Shown piece after piece: positions 12,073 through 24,100 of a DNA stretch of 64,000 bases (positions are counted from its first letter, which is position 1; the number at the start of each line of letters is the position of its first letter). The translations under genes and the position numbers were made by a program. The notes below the pieces were generated by a model. The model saw only the letters and a program-made list of their open reading frames with translations. It ran no database searches and was not told the DNA's origin. Source of the DNA: Antedon mediterranea (taxonomy: Eukaryota; Animalia; Echinodermata); the NCBI RefSeq assembly GCF_964355755.1, contig NC_092672.1, positions 29,952,437-30,016,436 of the forward strand, in the 5' to 3' direction.

Positions 12073-14359
12073 TTAGGTCTATGATACCTCAATGGTCAAT
12101 GATACATGTGTAAAACTACGTTAAAGCAGAGACACATTTACATACAGCAGTTGGTTTTCAAGTTCATCAAACTATAAGTTCTCACCACCACCAATAAAAT
12201 GTTAGTCAATTTATTGATATTTAATTATGTTTACCCTCGCTGATATTATTTCTTCATGTAAGGTATCGAGGCGTTTTCTTCACTAAAAAATCCAATATCC
12301 TTTAATATTAATTCTAGACTAGGCATATTATTTGTAATAACTCAATCGACCAATACATATTTATTTTGTTTTGTTTTGTTTTTGGTCGATTTTATCAATC
12401 AAGCGTATAACAACAAGATAACAGTTTCTAATTAAATATTATATTGTGTTTTGATTGTATAAATTGTTCATTGTACACTCTTTATCAATTTTCCTGGAGA
12501 GTCTAAAGTTGAAAGATATTCAATATACTTAGTATTAACCTAAACTATAGTGTCATGCTAGTATTAGCCTAAAATTGATAAAGAGTTTAGGCTGTATCAA
12601 ACTAAACGTTGCCGCAAATCATTTGTTTTGTAATTCTATTGTATTTAATTGTAAGTTTGTTAGATCTATTTAATTTATTGGTTTTCTTTTCTTTCATTAT
12701 ATATTTGTATATTATATATATATCAACCATATAAATGTCAACCAACCAAATTTCATTTGTAGGACCTATTTGTAAAAATGACAATAATGACTATCGTATC
12801 GTATTAAATATAAATAATTGTTTAAAAAATTTTTTTTTTAAACCAAATATGGTAACCCAAAACAGCATTATACTGGCAATCAAGGCGCCCTCATTATATA
12901 AAATAATCTATACAAAAATATAACTTTACAACTATATTATACAAAAATACACAATACGTATACCGTAGTGATTTTTCTTTCGGCGTCCAATACTTTTTTT
13001 AGAAGAGACTTCTAATTATTTATTGACAATGCATTTCTCAGTTTGGAGGTAGCATATTCAGAGGTTGGTTCTCTGTGGTGAAATAAAACTGTTACTGAAA
13101 GTTTCTGTTTTAGAAAAAGGGACGAACATTTCCCCTCACTGGCACTTGAGTACGTCGATTTGGAATTCTATCTATAATATAACTAGAGATTTGGTCATAT
13201 CTCTCATTTAGTTTATTATAGGCCTATAAATATGTTAACGATTTCTACAGACATCTTCAATGTTCATTTATTCCATGTATACTCAACGTCACGTGCCCGA
13301 TTAAAGGGTAATTTCAAAACATTCCAAAAATAAAAGGTAAAACGGTGTCAACTTGGAGAATATTTTGTCAATCGCTCTTCAACATGGCGTTGTATCCGCA
13401 TCTTCTGTGTCATCATCGACCAAAGACACATTCCCCTGGAATAGAAGGTCAACCTTTCAAGGGTCGGGGTATCAAAAGTCAAGCTGTCAAGGATCAGGAT
13501 ATCAAGGGTCAAGCTATCAAGGGTCAAGATTACCAAAGTTATCTATCTAGTCTCAAGTATTATAACTTACATATTATTTATAGGTCTTCAAGGGGGTTAA
13601 ACCATCTATCCCATTTTAGGACACAATGCAAGGACGTAAGCGCAACGTAAGTAATTCGACCAATCAAAAACGATGGATTATTCGAACTGTCGCTTGCAAT
13701 TGGTCAGCTTCCTTGCGTTTCGCTTACGTCCTTGTGTTACATTCCAAGTGAGAACTTCAGTTGATTTCAGACAAATCCATAGTGGAAAATTGAAATATAA
13801 TTATATATATTATTTGACAATTTGGACATTGGCTAGTATACAATAAGCGTTTTCACGCTTGTATTTGGCATAGAAACGTAAACAACTTGTTCGAATAAGA
13901 GAGGACCTTTTTTGCTATGGCATGTTTATTGTGTGGGTGTCAGAAGTTTGACTTTTACCCACTTACGGGAATAATTGCACGTTTCAATAATAAAATCCGG
14001 GTCGAAATCCGCCCTAAGCAACAAAACATTAATAAACATAAAATATCTTTTATAAAGAAACAAAAAAAGCAAGGAAATTTATCACCCGGTCATGCACATA
14101 AAGTGTTAATCTTCTAAAAGCTATTCACCCGTTAACGATCATGCGCACAATGTCTAAATCGGCAGATCAGCAGTTCCGCTAATAGACTGACTGGGATCGA
14201 AGAAGAAAGCAGTCATTCCAATTTGCTCGACGGCATTTGTAGACTCAATCGTTACGCTGTCCGTATAACTGTCTTTTATTTTTATTGTGATTTTTTTTTG
14301 AAATTATACTTGGAAAACAAGTGTTATAACTGTCAACGGTGGGGGAGGGTATAACGACT

Positions 14360-15128
14360 ATGTTGCGAGTCGCTATTATTTTCTTAACTGCCTATCTAGG
14401 TAAGTAGTTCTTTAACTAAGTTCCATATGCATTTTTATCGATTTTTAACACAGTGAATAAAAGATATGTACTTCACATTGTAATGATAATTATTATTAAT
14501 ATTTATTGCCCAACATGTTTTTATCAACAACAAAAAATAAATCTGCAATTATCTCTTAAGGCTATTCAGATCACCGCACTTACAAATTTTGTTTATAATA
14601 CTTGTTTTGCATTGTAATACAATGCATCTTCTTCTTAACTGTCCCTCTAAAAAAAATAATGTTCACAATTTTTGCTGTTGAATATGCCATTTTATATTCT
14701 CACATAATTGTTATTCACTTTGATAACAAAAAATTGAATAGAAAAAAAAACTTGACAGAAAATGTAATTTAAAGCAAAAAATAGTTTGAGATTTTGGTTG
14801 AAACTTGGCCTACCTGTTTATTGTGTCTTTTCTGAAGTGAAAATAGTATTTTTGTTTTGCCTTTTTTTTTCTAAGGAAGTGAGTAACTTTATTAAACTAA
14901 AAAATGGCCTATTCAAAGTCTTCATTTTTCATGATTTTGGAGCACAATGCAATTTTAATTTTAGTGATATTAACTAATGAATAATTACATAGGTGTATAT
15001 TACCCAGAAATGCATTTATTCAGTGTTTTGTTCTCCTAATTACAAAGGGCTTGCTGTACGAGTGTATGATATTACACCAAGACGTGGTAGCTTGGAAGGT
15101 GGCACGGAAATAACCATCAACGGGATTG
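14360..15128 (+). CDS. PKHD1L1: PKHD1L1-like exons 1-2: signal peptide and start of IPT1
   Basis: MLRVAIIFLTAYL|VFCSPNYKGLAVRVYDITPRRGSLEGGTEITINGI; GTAAG donors at 14400 and 15129. An alternative in-frame acceptor at 15047 is possible. Confidence 0.8.
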
Positions 15129-18100
15129 GTAAGTAGGCCTACGGTTTGATTTATAATTTACGAGAATACTGCGATGAATTATTTGTAAAGCTTGGTTCCC
15201 ACTAGGACGCGTCTCGCCCTTTCGTTTTTCGTCTATAGTGGGAACGGTTACTTAGCCAGGATTTGTTTGAAGGCCCGAGAAAACTCCATGAGTTATGTTA
15301 CACCCAATTTCACGATCAAACATCGCAGGTTTGATTTCATAATTGTGGGGTCAAACACAATTATTGAAAAGACATTTCTTAAGCGTGGTTCCCACTAGTG
15401 ACGCAACGTAACGCAACCTCGCAACGTAAGAAAATGCCATTTCAATAATTGTATTTGCCCCCGCCTTCGTGAAATCAAACCTGCGATATTTGCAGCATCA
15501 TTGCGTCGTCGGTTCCCACTTGTGATTACGAAATACAGCACTTTGCGTCAATACGTCGCTGCGTTGCGTCCTAGTGGGAACCACGCTTTACGTTGCGTAG
15601 GTTGCGTTACGTTGCGTCGCTAGTGGGAACCAAGCTTAACCTGGATGCGCGGGGATACACGTACATTAGGCAGCACCTAACTAGAATTCCATAATTTCGT
15701 AAGTGCCGTAAGAACAATCTTGCATGTCACAAGTAGGAACCAACAACGTAAAACACGCGGAACCGCAGAAGTATATTCAACACCGTTTTCTGCTTTGTAG
15801 GCCTATACGTGGCAACAGTGATGATTCAACTTGTAGGAGGGGGATGCGAAATTGATAGAAGAGTATTTTCTTAGTTGCATCATTACGTCGCGGCGGGATT
15901 TTGTTTTCTATTGGAAACCAAGCTTTGGCTTTAATAAAAAATCTTAAATCCGTCCCTACCCACGTGGCATGAGAGGGTATAAATGACTAATTGACTTTCA
16001 CTTATTTTTGACAGGTTTCAGCGAGGACCCTTTCAATTTCGGGGAAGGAAATGAACACAAAGGCAATTTGGTTTACTTAAATTCGTCAACTAGTATCGTG
16101 CAGTGTGACGTCATAGCGTACAAAACTACAACCAAAAAAATTATATGTGAAACCAGGTAACAGGTTTATGTCAGGTTACATTTATGATAACAATTTTTCC
16201 TGCCATGCGACTACTAGGCCTACAGCAGTTCTCCCTGAGAAACATTATGATCATGTACATTCTATCTGCCTAGTTTTGAATAATGGATGAACGTTTCTCG
16301 GTCAGTAAGTGTAGATGAAATATGTACGTTGAAACGGTAAACTGTGGGTTCTAGACTGTAATAGTAAAAAAAAAGATAAATATGTTGGCACATACGGCGT
16401 TTCATATGTATAATACTTTAGCTCACAAACTCTAAAATAAAGAATAAAATGATTGCAAAAACGCTTTGCACAGCTCAGCAACTTAAGTTATTTCAAAAAA
16501 ATTATCAAAACAAATAAGAAAACTGTTTACAGTATTTATTGCTGATAGATGTATGGTTATTTATTATATTTGTAATCTTTAAAAAATGTATCTATGTAAT
16601 AATGTCTATCTTATTTATAATGCATGCTTAAAGCACAACATTTTGAAACCGAAACATCACAGTTTTTTGTGCCGTTTTTCCGTTTTCCACCGACAAAAAA
16701 AAACAAAAAAACAATAAACAAGAGAACCGTTGCTGTTAGATGTATGGTTACTTGTTTAAGCTTGATTGTCACTTTAAAAATGTATCTATAGGCTTAATAT
16801 ATTTATTTGTACATGCTTATAAATACTAAGCACAACATTTAGAAATCGGAAAATCACAGTCACATGGTTCGTTTTGCGCATAAACGGAAGAAACGCCATT
16901 TAAATTCGTTGGTGATTTCTTTTCCATTATTGAACTAACGTGTATTTTCCATGAAACAACATGAAATAAGTTTCTTGGGCTGCATAAAGCTTGGTTCCCA
17001 CTAGAACGCAACGCAGTGATGTATTGACGCAAAGTGATGTATTGCGTAATCACAAGTGGGAACCGATGACGCAACAGTGCTGCAAAAATCGTTTTGGTTT
17101 GATTTCATGCAGGCGGGGGCAAACACAATTATTGGAAGGGCATTTCTTACGTTGCGTATGTTGCGTCGCTAGTGGCAACCAGGCTTAACGATTATTCGTT
17201 CGTTCACTCATTTCATTCATTCGTTCATTTATTCGTTCGTTCGTTCATTCGTTCATTCGTTCGTTCGTTCATTCATTCGTTCGTTCGTTAATTCATTTGT
17301 TCATTCATTTGTTCGTTCATTTGTTCATTAATTCGTTAATTTACTAACGATGATGAAGTGAAGTGATTGTGAAATTAAATTGCAGACTATTATGGTTTAA
17401 ATTAAACCATCACAATTGAATGAAAAGAGAAGAATACATGGTAAATCACATGGAAGTGCACAAATTACAACAACTTACTTTTATGTTCACGGGGTAAAGC
17501 GGTTTGGATCCCGTGTTAAAACATAGAAAATGCAATTAATTATTAACACCCACCATCAATCAGTATTGAACCTGGTCCTGTTGTGATCACAGGGTGTGTA
17601 CTGTATAAAGCGTTAAGTATGATAGGTAACGCTTTATGTGTTTATACAGTACACACACTGTGGTCATAACATGTCCTTTTGAATACTATTTACAAACCAC
17701 CTTCAACTAACGTAAGTAGGTATGCTTGTCCCATTTGAGTGTTTTTTATGTAAAGTTTATGGTAGGTACCGCCAAAACAAAGAAACGAAGTGACCACAAA
17801 GTCACACACGTAGGAAATTTAAGAAAGTATTTTAAATATTAGTAATTTCGATAAAAAAATACTTTGATATATGTTCTACCCTTATAAAGGAAGAAACACT
17901 GTATTATTATAGAGCTTTCCATTTGCGACGACCGACAGACCGACCGACGCTGCAACTTTAACTTCGATAGGCCTACGTTTCAGAATGTAACCATAGACAA
18001 GTGATTCATGAAATACCGTACATTCCCATCTGATTACAACCGGGTGTATCGGATTTATTTTGCGTATGAACGCAGGCCAAGCTCAACTTCAATTTAACTA

Positions 18101-21100
18101 CGCCAGAGAAGAGACCATGTGAACACACCGTAGTGGCAACCAAATAGCTGGTGTTTGTTTGTTTCTTTATTTCCATTCACAACAAAATAAAACCATTAAC
18201 ATACATAAATATTCATTACAAAAATGAAAGAATGGAAAGGGGGAATCTCTGAAGCACAGCTTATAAGTAGAAACCCCCTGTTACAAAACAGTTTATAAAT
18301 AGTAATATGAAAAAAAGGCACAACGGCATAGGCAAACAGAATGTAACTTTTAAGAAAAAGAAAAAAAAAAGCAAACAAGTTTCTTGTTTTTTTTTTATCT
18401 TAAAAAAAAAGATTTCTCAGAGAGTAAGATGTAATTGTAAAAAGAAAAAAAAACCTGTTCTAATCAGAGTATTGCAAAAGTAATTTATTTTTTTATTTTA
18501 TTTTAAAAGTTATAGGATTCTTAAGTAACTTAAGAGTCTCAGGTATATCGCCAAAGTTCAACCCCTTTACTAACTAAACTTAATGATTTTTGAGTGGTTC
18601 TTTTAAATTGTGGGTAGAAATGGTGTTTTTGTCGCGTGTATTTATCGTGGACAGCTGTGCTTTACGTGTGTTAAAATCTTCCCTTGTGAAAATAGCACGT
18701 ACCGTAAGATCGATTCTAAAGCTTGGTTCTCACTTGCGACGCAAAGTAACGCAATCTACGCAACGTAAGAAAATGCCCTTCCAATCATTGTGTTTGCCCC
18801 ACCTGCATGAAAACAAATTTGCAATTTTTACAGCACTACAATGGTGCGTCGTCGGTTCCCACTTGCGATTACGCAATGCATCACTTTGCGTCGATACGTC
18901 GCTGCGTTACGTTGCGTTCTAGTGGGAACCACGCTTAATAGCCAATTTACACCGACGAGCGGTAACGGTACTTAGCGGAAAACCGCATAGTTAAGTATTC
19001 AACGTAGAATCTGTATCCTATCGAGCGGAAACCGCCAGTCCGCTCTCCGCGTTGTATGTAAAAATGGTCTAGATTTTATATTATACCGTTACCGCTCGTC
19101 TGTGTAAATTGGCTTTAAGAATTAATTTTGAAAGTGACTTACAAAATAAGAAGAGGATTCACACCTTTTCCATTACTGTTTTTATATTTTCATTTCTTTT
19201 AAGGGCTGCCATCCCTGGATATTACACGATATACGTCCTCGTTGATGGAGTCGAAGGACATCAATGTAACTATGGCTCTTGCACATTTCAGGTACGTCTA
19301 ATCTATTCTGATTGTCGAGAAATATTACTGGTTACTCCAAAACTCTTGATTCAAAGTGAATTGGAAATGATTGTGTAGGCCTATCTATAGAAAATAAAAA
19401 AAACTGTTTTGTAATATCCCACAGTTTAGGTTCTAGACAAAAATGGCGACTAATTATTGGTAAAAAGATAATCATGTTTGCACACATGGCGTTTCATAGG
19501 CTACGCATTATACTTGAACTGGAACAGACAAACATTACGCACTAAACATTAAAAGGACAATGAAAGACTAAAAGTCTAGGTTCCATAATTAAATCAAATG
19601 TATAAAGGCCAATTTCAAACGAGCAGTAGCAGTAGGTGGAAAACTTGTCCTACTTAAAATCGGTATCATCCTGAGCGGGTTTCTGCTCCGCGTTCTGTGT
19701 GTAAATGGTCATAAGAATAACGTAGATTCTATATTTATTTTTTTCCGTTTACCTCTTCGGTTACCGCTCGTCTGTGCAAATTGGCCTTAAGAACACGTTT
19801 CATCATCACGTGATAGAAACTGTACAAGAGTAAACTCTATAAAGAAGACATTTTCGGGACCCAACTAAATAGCCTACCTCCCCCCCCCCCTCCCCCACCA
19901 CTGATTTTAAACTTCCGGGAATCGATGGAGCAAGACTGTTTTAAACATAGGCCTAATAATTATTATTTTTTTTTGCAAAAGTGAGAGCTTCTAGAATTTC
20001 GTTTCTGACACAAAACAATAGTAGGGGCCTATAATCTATATTATAAGTGAGAGAGTTTGTCTGTCTGTCTGTTTGTTTGTTTGTTCGTTATACAAATTTT
20101 TGTTACTGCACATAATCTTACATATGGGGTATCAAAATGACCGCTATTGTACCGGGAATGTTCTAAGCTATATTTCAACATCATCCGCCACCTAGGATCC
20201 AAGTTAGGGACCAAAATGTGGTCAAAACCCCCACTTTCGATGTTTGTTCGTTATACAAATTTCTGTTTCTGCACGTAACCATACGTATGGGGTATCAAAA
20301 TGATGGCAATTGTACCCGGAAGGTTTTAAACTACATTTAAAAAAATTCCCCCGACTCCTGGGGTTTTTGTGGGAGGGGTGGGTGGTGTGGTGGTTTGTGA
20401 TGTCACATTTTTGCTACGGCTCGGGGTTGTAGGCTATCGAATTGTACAATATATACTACAAAAGTTTTGAATTATCCTCAGCAAGGCGTTTGGGGAAATA
20501 TAGATATATATATACATATTTTAATCATTAACCAATATGACACCTATTCAATTACACATTTAGCAAAGTACTTTAACCATATCCAGCTATGTATCGGTCT
20601 CGTGGATTGTCTCATTACAGACATCCATACCTGTGTGAACATACACATGATGTTTACTGTTACTGTGTTCAACTACATCACCAATCCTCCAAGAAAAAAA
20701 CGTCAATTGTGGGAGTAGAGAGTGGGGTTGGGAGATAGGGTTTGGGTTCAGGGGATTTTGCTTACACCAGAATTGTGGTTGGAAAATGTTAAAGTATTTA
20801 ATCATCCATGGGAAGCAGATGGGACTTTGGGGTGGGGATGTAGGCCTATCACCATGACCGAAACTGTATTTGGAATGTTTTAAACTACATTTGAAAACTG
20901 CCACTGAGGGATTATGGGTTGGGAGTGATAATAACATAATTTGTACTGGGGTGTAGTATAGTAGGGGGAGGAGGAGCGAAAATACTAGCGTAATGAAGTA
21001 GCCTATTGAATTGTACTAGGAAAAGTTACTAAATTTGAACTGTCCGGGGGAGGAGTTAAGGTTTGTTGATGGTGGCTGGGGTGGTGAAAGAAGAAAGAAG

Positions 21101-24100
21101 GCTGGGGGAACATACACACGTTGTTTACTGTTACCATGCCTCCAAGGAAAAAACGTCAATTGTGGGAGAGTGGGGTTGGGAGATAGGGTTCAGGGGATAG
21201 TGGGGATTTAGCTTACACCAGGATTGTAGTAGGAAGCGGATGGGAGTTTGGGGTGGGGATGTATGACTATCACAATGACCGAAACTGTATTTCGAATGTT
21301 TTAAACTACATTTGACAACTGCCACTGAGGGATTATGGGTTTTAATTATCAGCCAATGTGACACCTATTCATTTACACAATTTACAACGTACTTCAACCA
21401 TTATTAGACCCATCATAGCTATGGGGGGCCGCAGTATCTAAGTTAGATATTTTAATTATCAGCCAATATGCCACCTATTCATTTACACAATTTACAACGT
21501 ACTTCAACCATTATTAGACCCATCATAGCTATGGTATACTCCTCTCAATTTGAAGCTTAGGTTGAATTGAATTTGTCCATCACTGGGAATAATTTGTTTT
21601 TAAGAAAGAGTATGGGGTGGTATTGAAAAGAGGGTGGAGGTTGGTGAGTATAGGCATATACTGGCGTCGGGTGTTATGTACTGAGAAGGCTGTAAACTAA
21701 TTTTGAAACCCGCCCTGGGGCGGGTATAACTGCTAGTAATTAATAATACGTCTTGTGACAATGCAACTATTTTTGTTCACTTTCAAAGAAATTAAAAAAT
21801 GAGGTTACGAAATATTTTTAGTTGACTACCCGAATGATTCGTGAACCGAAAAAAATAAAAGTATTTTCGGGTTTCTGACGTTTAGCGGTATTTGTAGTTT
21901 TTTATTTTCCAGTGTAAGCATACGTTAACCATTCGTGAACTATTAGGCCGATCCACAATACAAAAATATATATATTTTCGAGTTTCTGACGTTTGGTGGT
22001 AGATTTTTATTTTCCAGTTGGATATACAGTACATTTACCCTGTTGAATAATCTCATAATATAATACTTAACCGCTGCAATGTTGACAGTTGCTAAGCTAC
22101 CATGACGTCATTTGACAACTCTTGATTAGTCGTGTTTGTGCAGACGCGGTGGAGCTAAAGCCTGGAAGAATTTCTTTCAAAAACCACACAATTGATTAAC
22201 AACCTTGACCGAAGCCATTGTCTTGAATTTTGACAGTTAAGTGCATGCATTCAATTGATATTCAATTTATATATATTTATTCATAGAATTGTGTATCTAT
22301 AATACCATGGCAACGAATTTAATAAATAATAGTACATATAGGCCGGTATATATGATTGCATAAGCAATATTATGGAGTGATTGTGTTTTTTTCTGATTAT
22401 TAAAACACTTTGGATCATGTGATAATAATCTCTTTGGTCGCCGGTCGATGTCGTCGACTTCTGAAATGTGAAATGACAAGCGACAGTTCGAATAATCCAT
22501 CGCTTGTGATTGGTCAAATCACTTACGTTGCGTTAAGTCCTCGTGTTGCGTATCTAGTGGGAACCAAGAATTAGCAATAGATTATTCAAACTTTTGCCCC
22601 TGTCATTGGTGGTCAACTAGATTGCGTAGCGTCTCTATGTCCTTGTGCTGCGTCCTAGTGGGAACCAGGCTTTAAACGTGCTTATTCTTGGTCTCCACTA
22701 AGACGTAACGTTAAGATGCAGCAAAACACGGATATGACTATTGTCATGCATCCAGGTTCTATAAATAAAGAAAGATATCAATCTGTAAGCGCAACTCAAT
22801 AAAATTGACCAATCACGCGATAGCTCAATATCAGATGATCAACATTTCGTGATTCAAGGTCACGCAATAAGCGCAACACAATTAACTATTTAAAAGCAAC
22901 AGTCTGGCAGAGATGATGCGTCACCGGTGATTGGTTAAGCTTGGTTCTCACTATCGATGATCGACGCAACGTAACGCAATCTAAGAAAATGCCCTTCCAC
23001 TCATTTGTTCCCCCCCCCCCCCGGCGCCTGCGTGAAATCAAACCTACGATGTTTGCAGCACTGTTGCCTCGTCGGTTCCCACTTGTGATCGCAATACAGC
23101 ACTTTGCGTCGATAGGTCGCTGCGTTGCGTTCTAGTGGGAACCACGCTTTAATTGCTTGTATTACTGTACGTTTTTCCGTTACGTTTTAATCCGATCTTT
23201 TGTTGTTCAACGACAAAATGTCTGGACGTTGGGAACCACATAGTATAAAGTTCGTCTGCATATCAAACAAAACCAAATTCACTCCTTATAGACCTATAGA
23301 AGAATTTGATACATTATTTGCACCTAAGAGTTATCTTCTATTTTTTAATTTCTAAAGCCTTTATTTAACGTATATTATGAAGGTGGTATAATAAAATGAC
23401 CTTGTTTTGACAACCTCCCTGGAAATTATGAATTAGTAGTTCGACACACTTCCATTCGGTTTGTTTTTGACGAGGTATGAAATCGATAATCTGCCTTATC
23501 TTTTGTTTGACTCATCGTTTGGTTGGTCAACTGGAATGAGAATTCCATTAAATATTGTTACAATGATTATTTTAGGAAATTTCCTGTTGTGGATTAACAG
23601 TTGTCATAGGAAACAGAAAACAACCACAAAACAAATCATGTGTTGGTTTCAATACCATAGTTACACAAAAATATTTATAATTTATTGCTTTTAAAAATAA
23701 TATTTTGAATTGTTCTATATGCCATAGTTACAAATACAAGTAAGCATTAATTATTGTGATATATTATAATTTGTTATGGTAACGCAACGACAATTTGGCC
23801 TATACTGTATTTAAACAAATTATATAAAATATAATATTGGTAGGCCTAGCATAGAAAAGCATCAGATATGGTTTAAAAATCAATGACAGAAAGGGGAAAT
23901 TCCGAACGAACGATAATTGCTTATATAAAAATGGAATACAATACCCCAATAGTCACTGATAATGCAATATTATTGGTTGAATTATTGTTGTTATTTTGAT
24001 GTTACACACCGATAACCCGTCCGTAGACTTGTTTCCCCGTGGGGTCCTTCTAGTGGTGGTGAATGTTCAGTAAACCAGATGACCCCCTGGCCCTACTAGC

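Noticed and set aside
13345-13650. ORFs with QGSGY / KGQD repeats
   Set aside because: Produced by a short 15-bp tandem repeat; no splice or domain support.
22144-22160. Candidate PKHD1L1 exon 5 after TTTGTGCAG (TRWS...)
   Set aside because: Immediate TAA stop. The real exon with correct phases and TPKI...P..GTP motif is 26151-26208.
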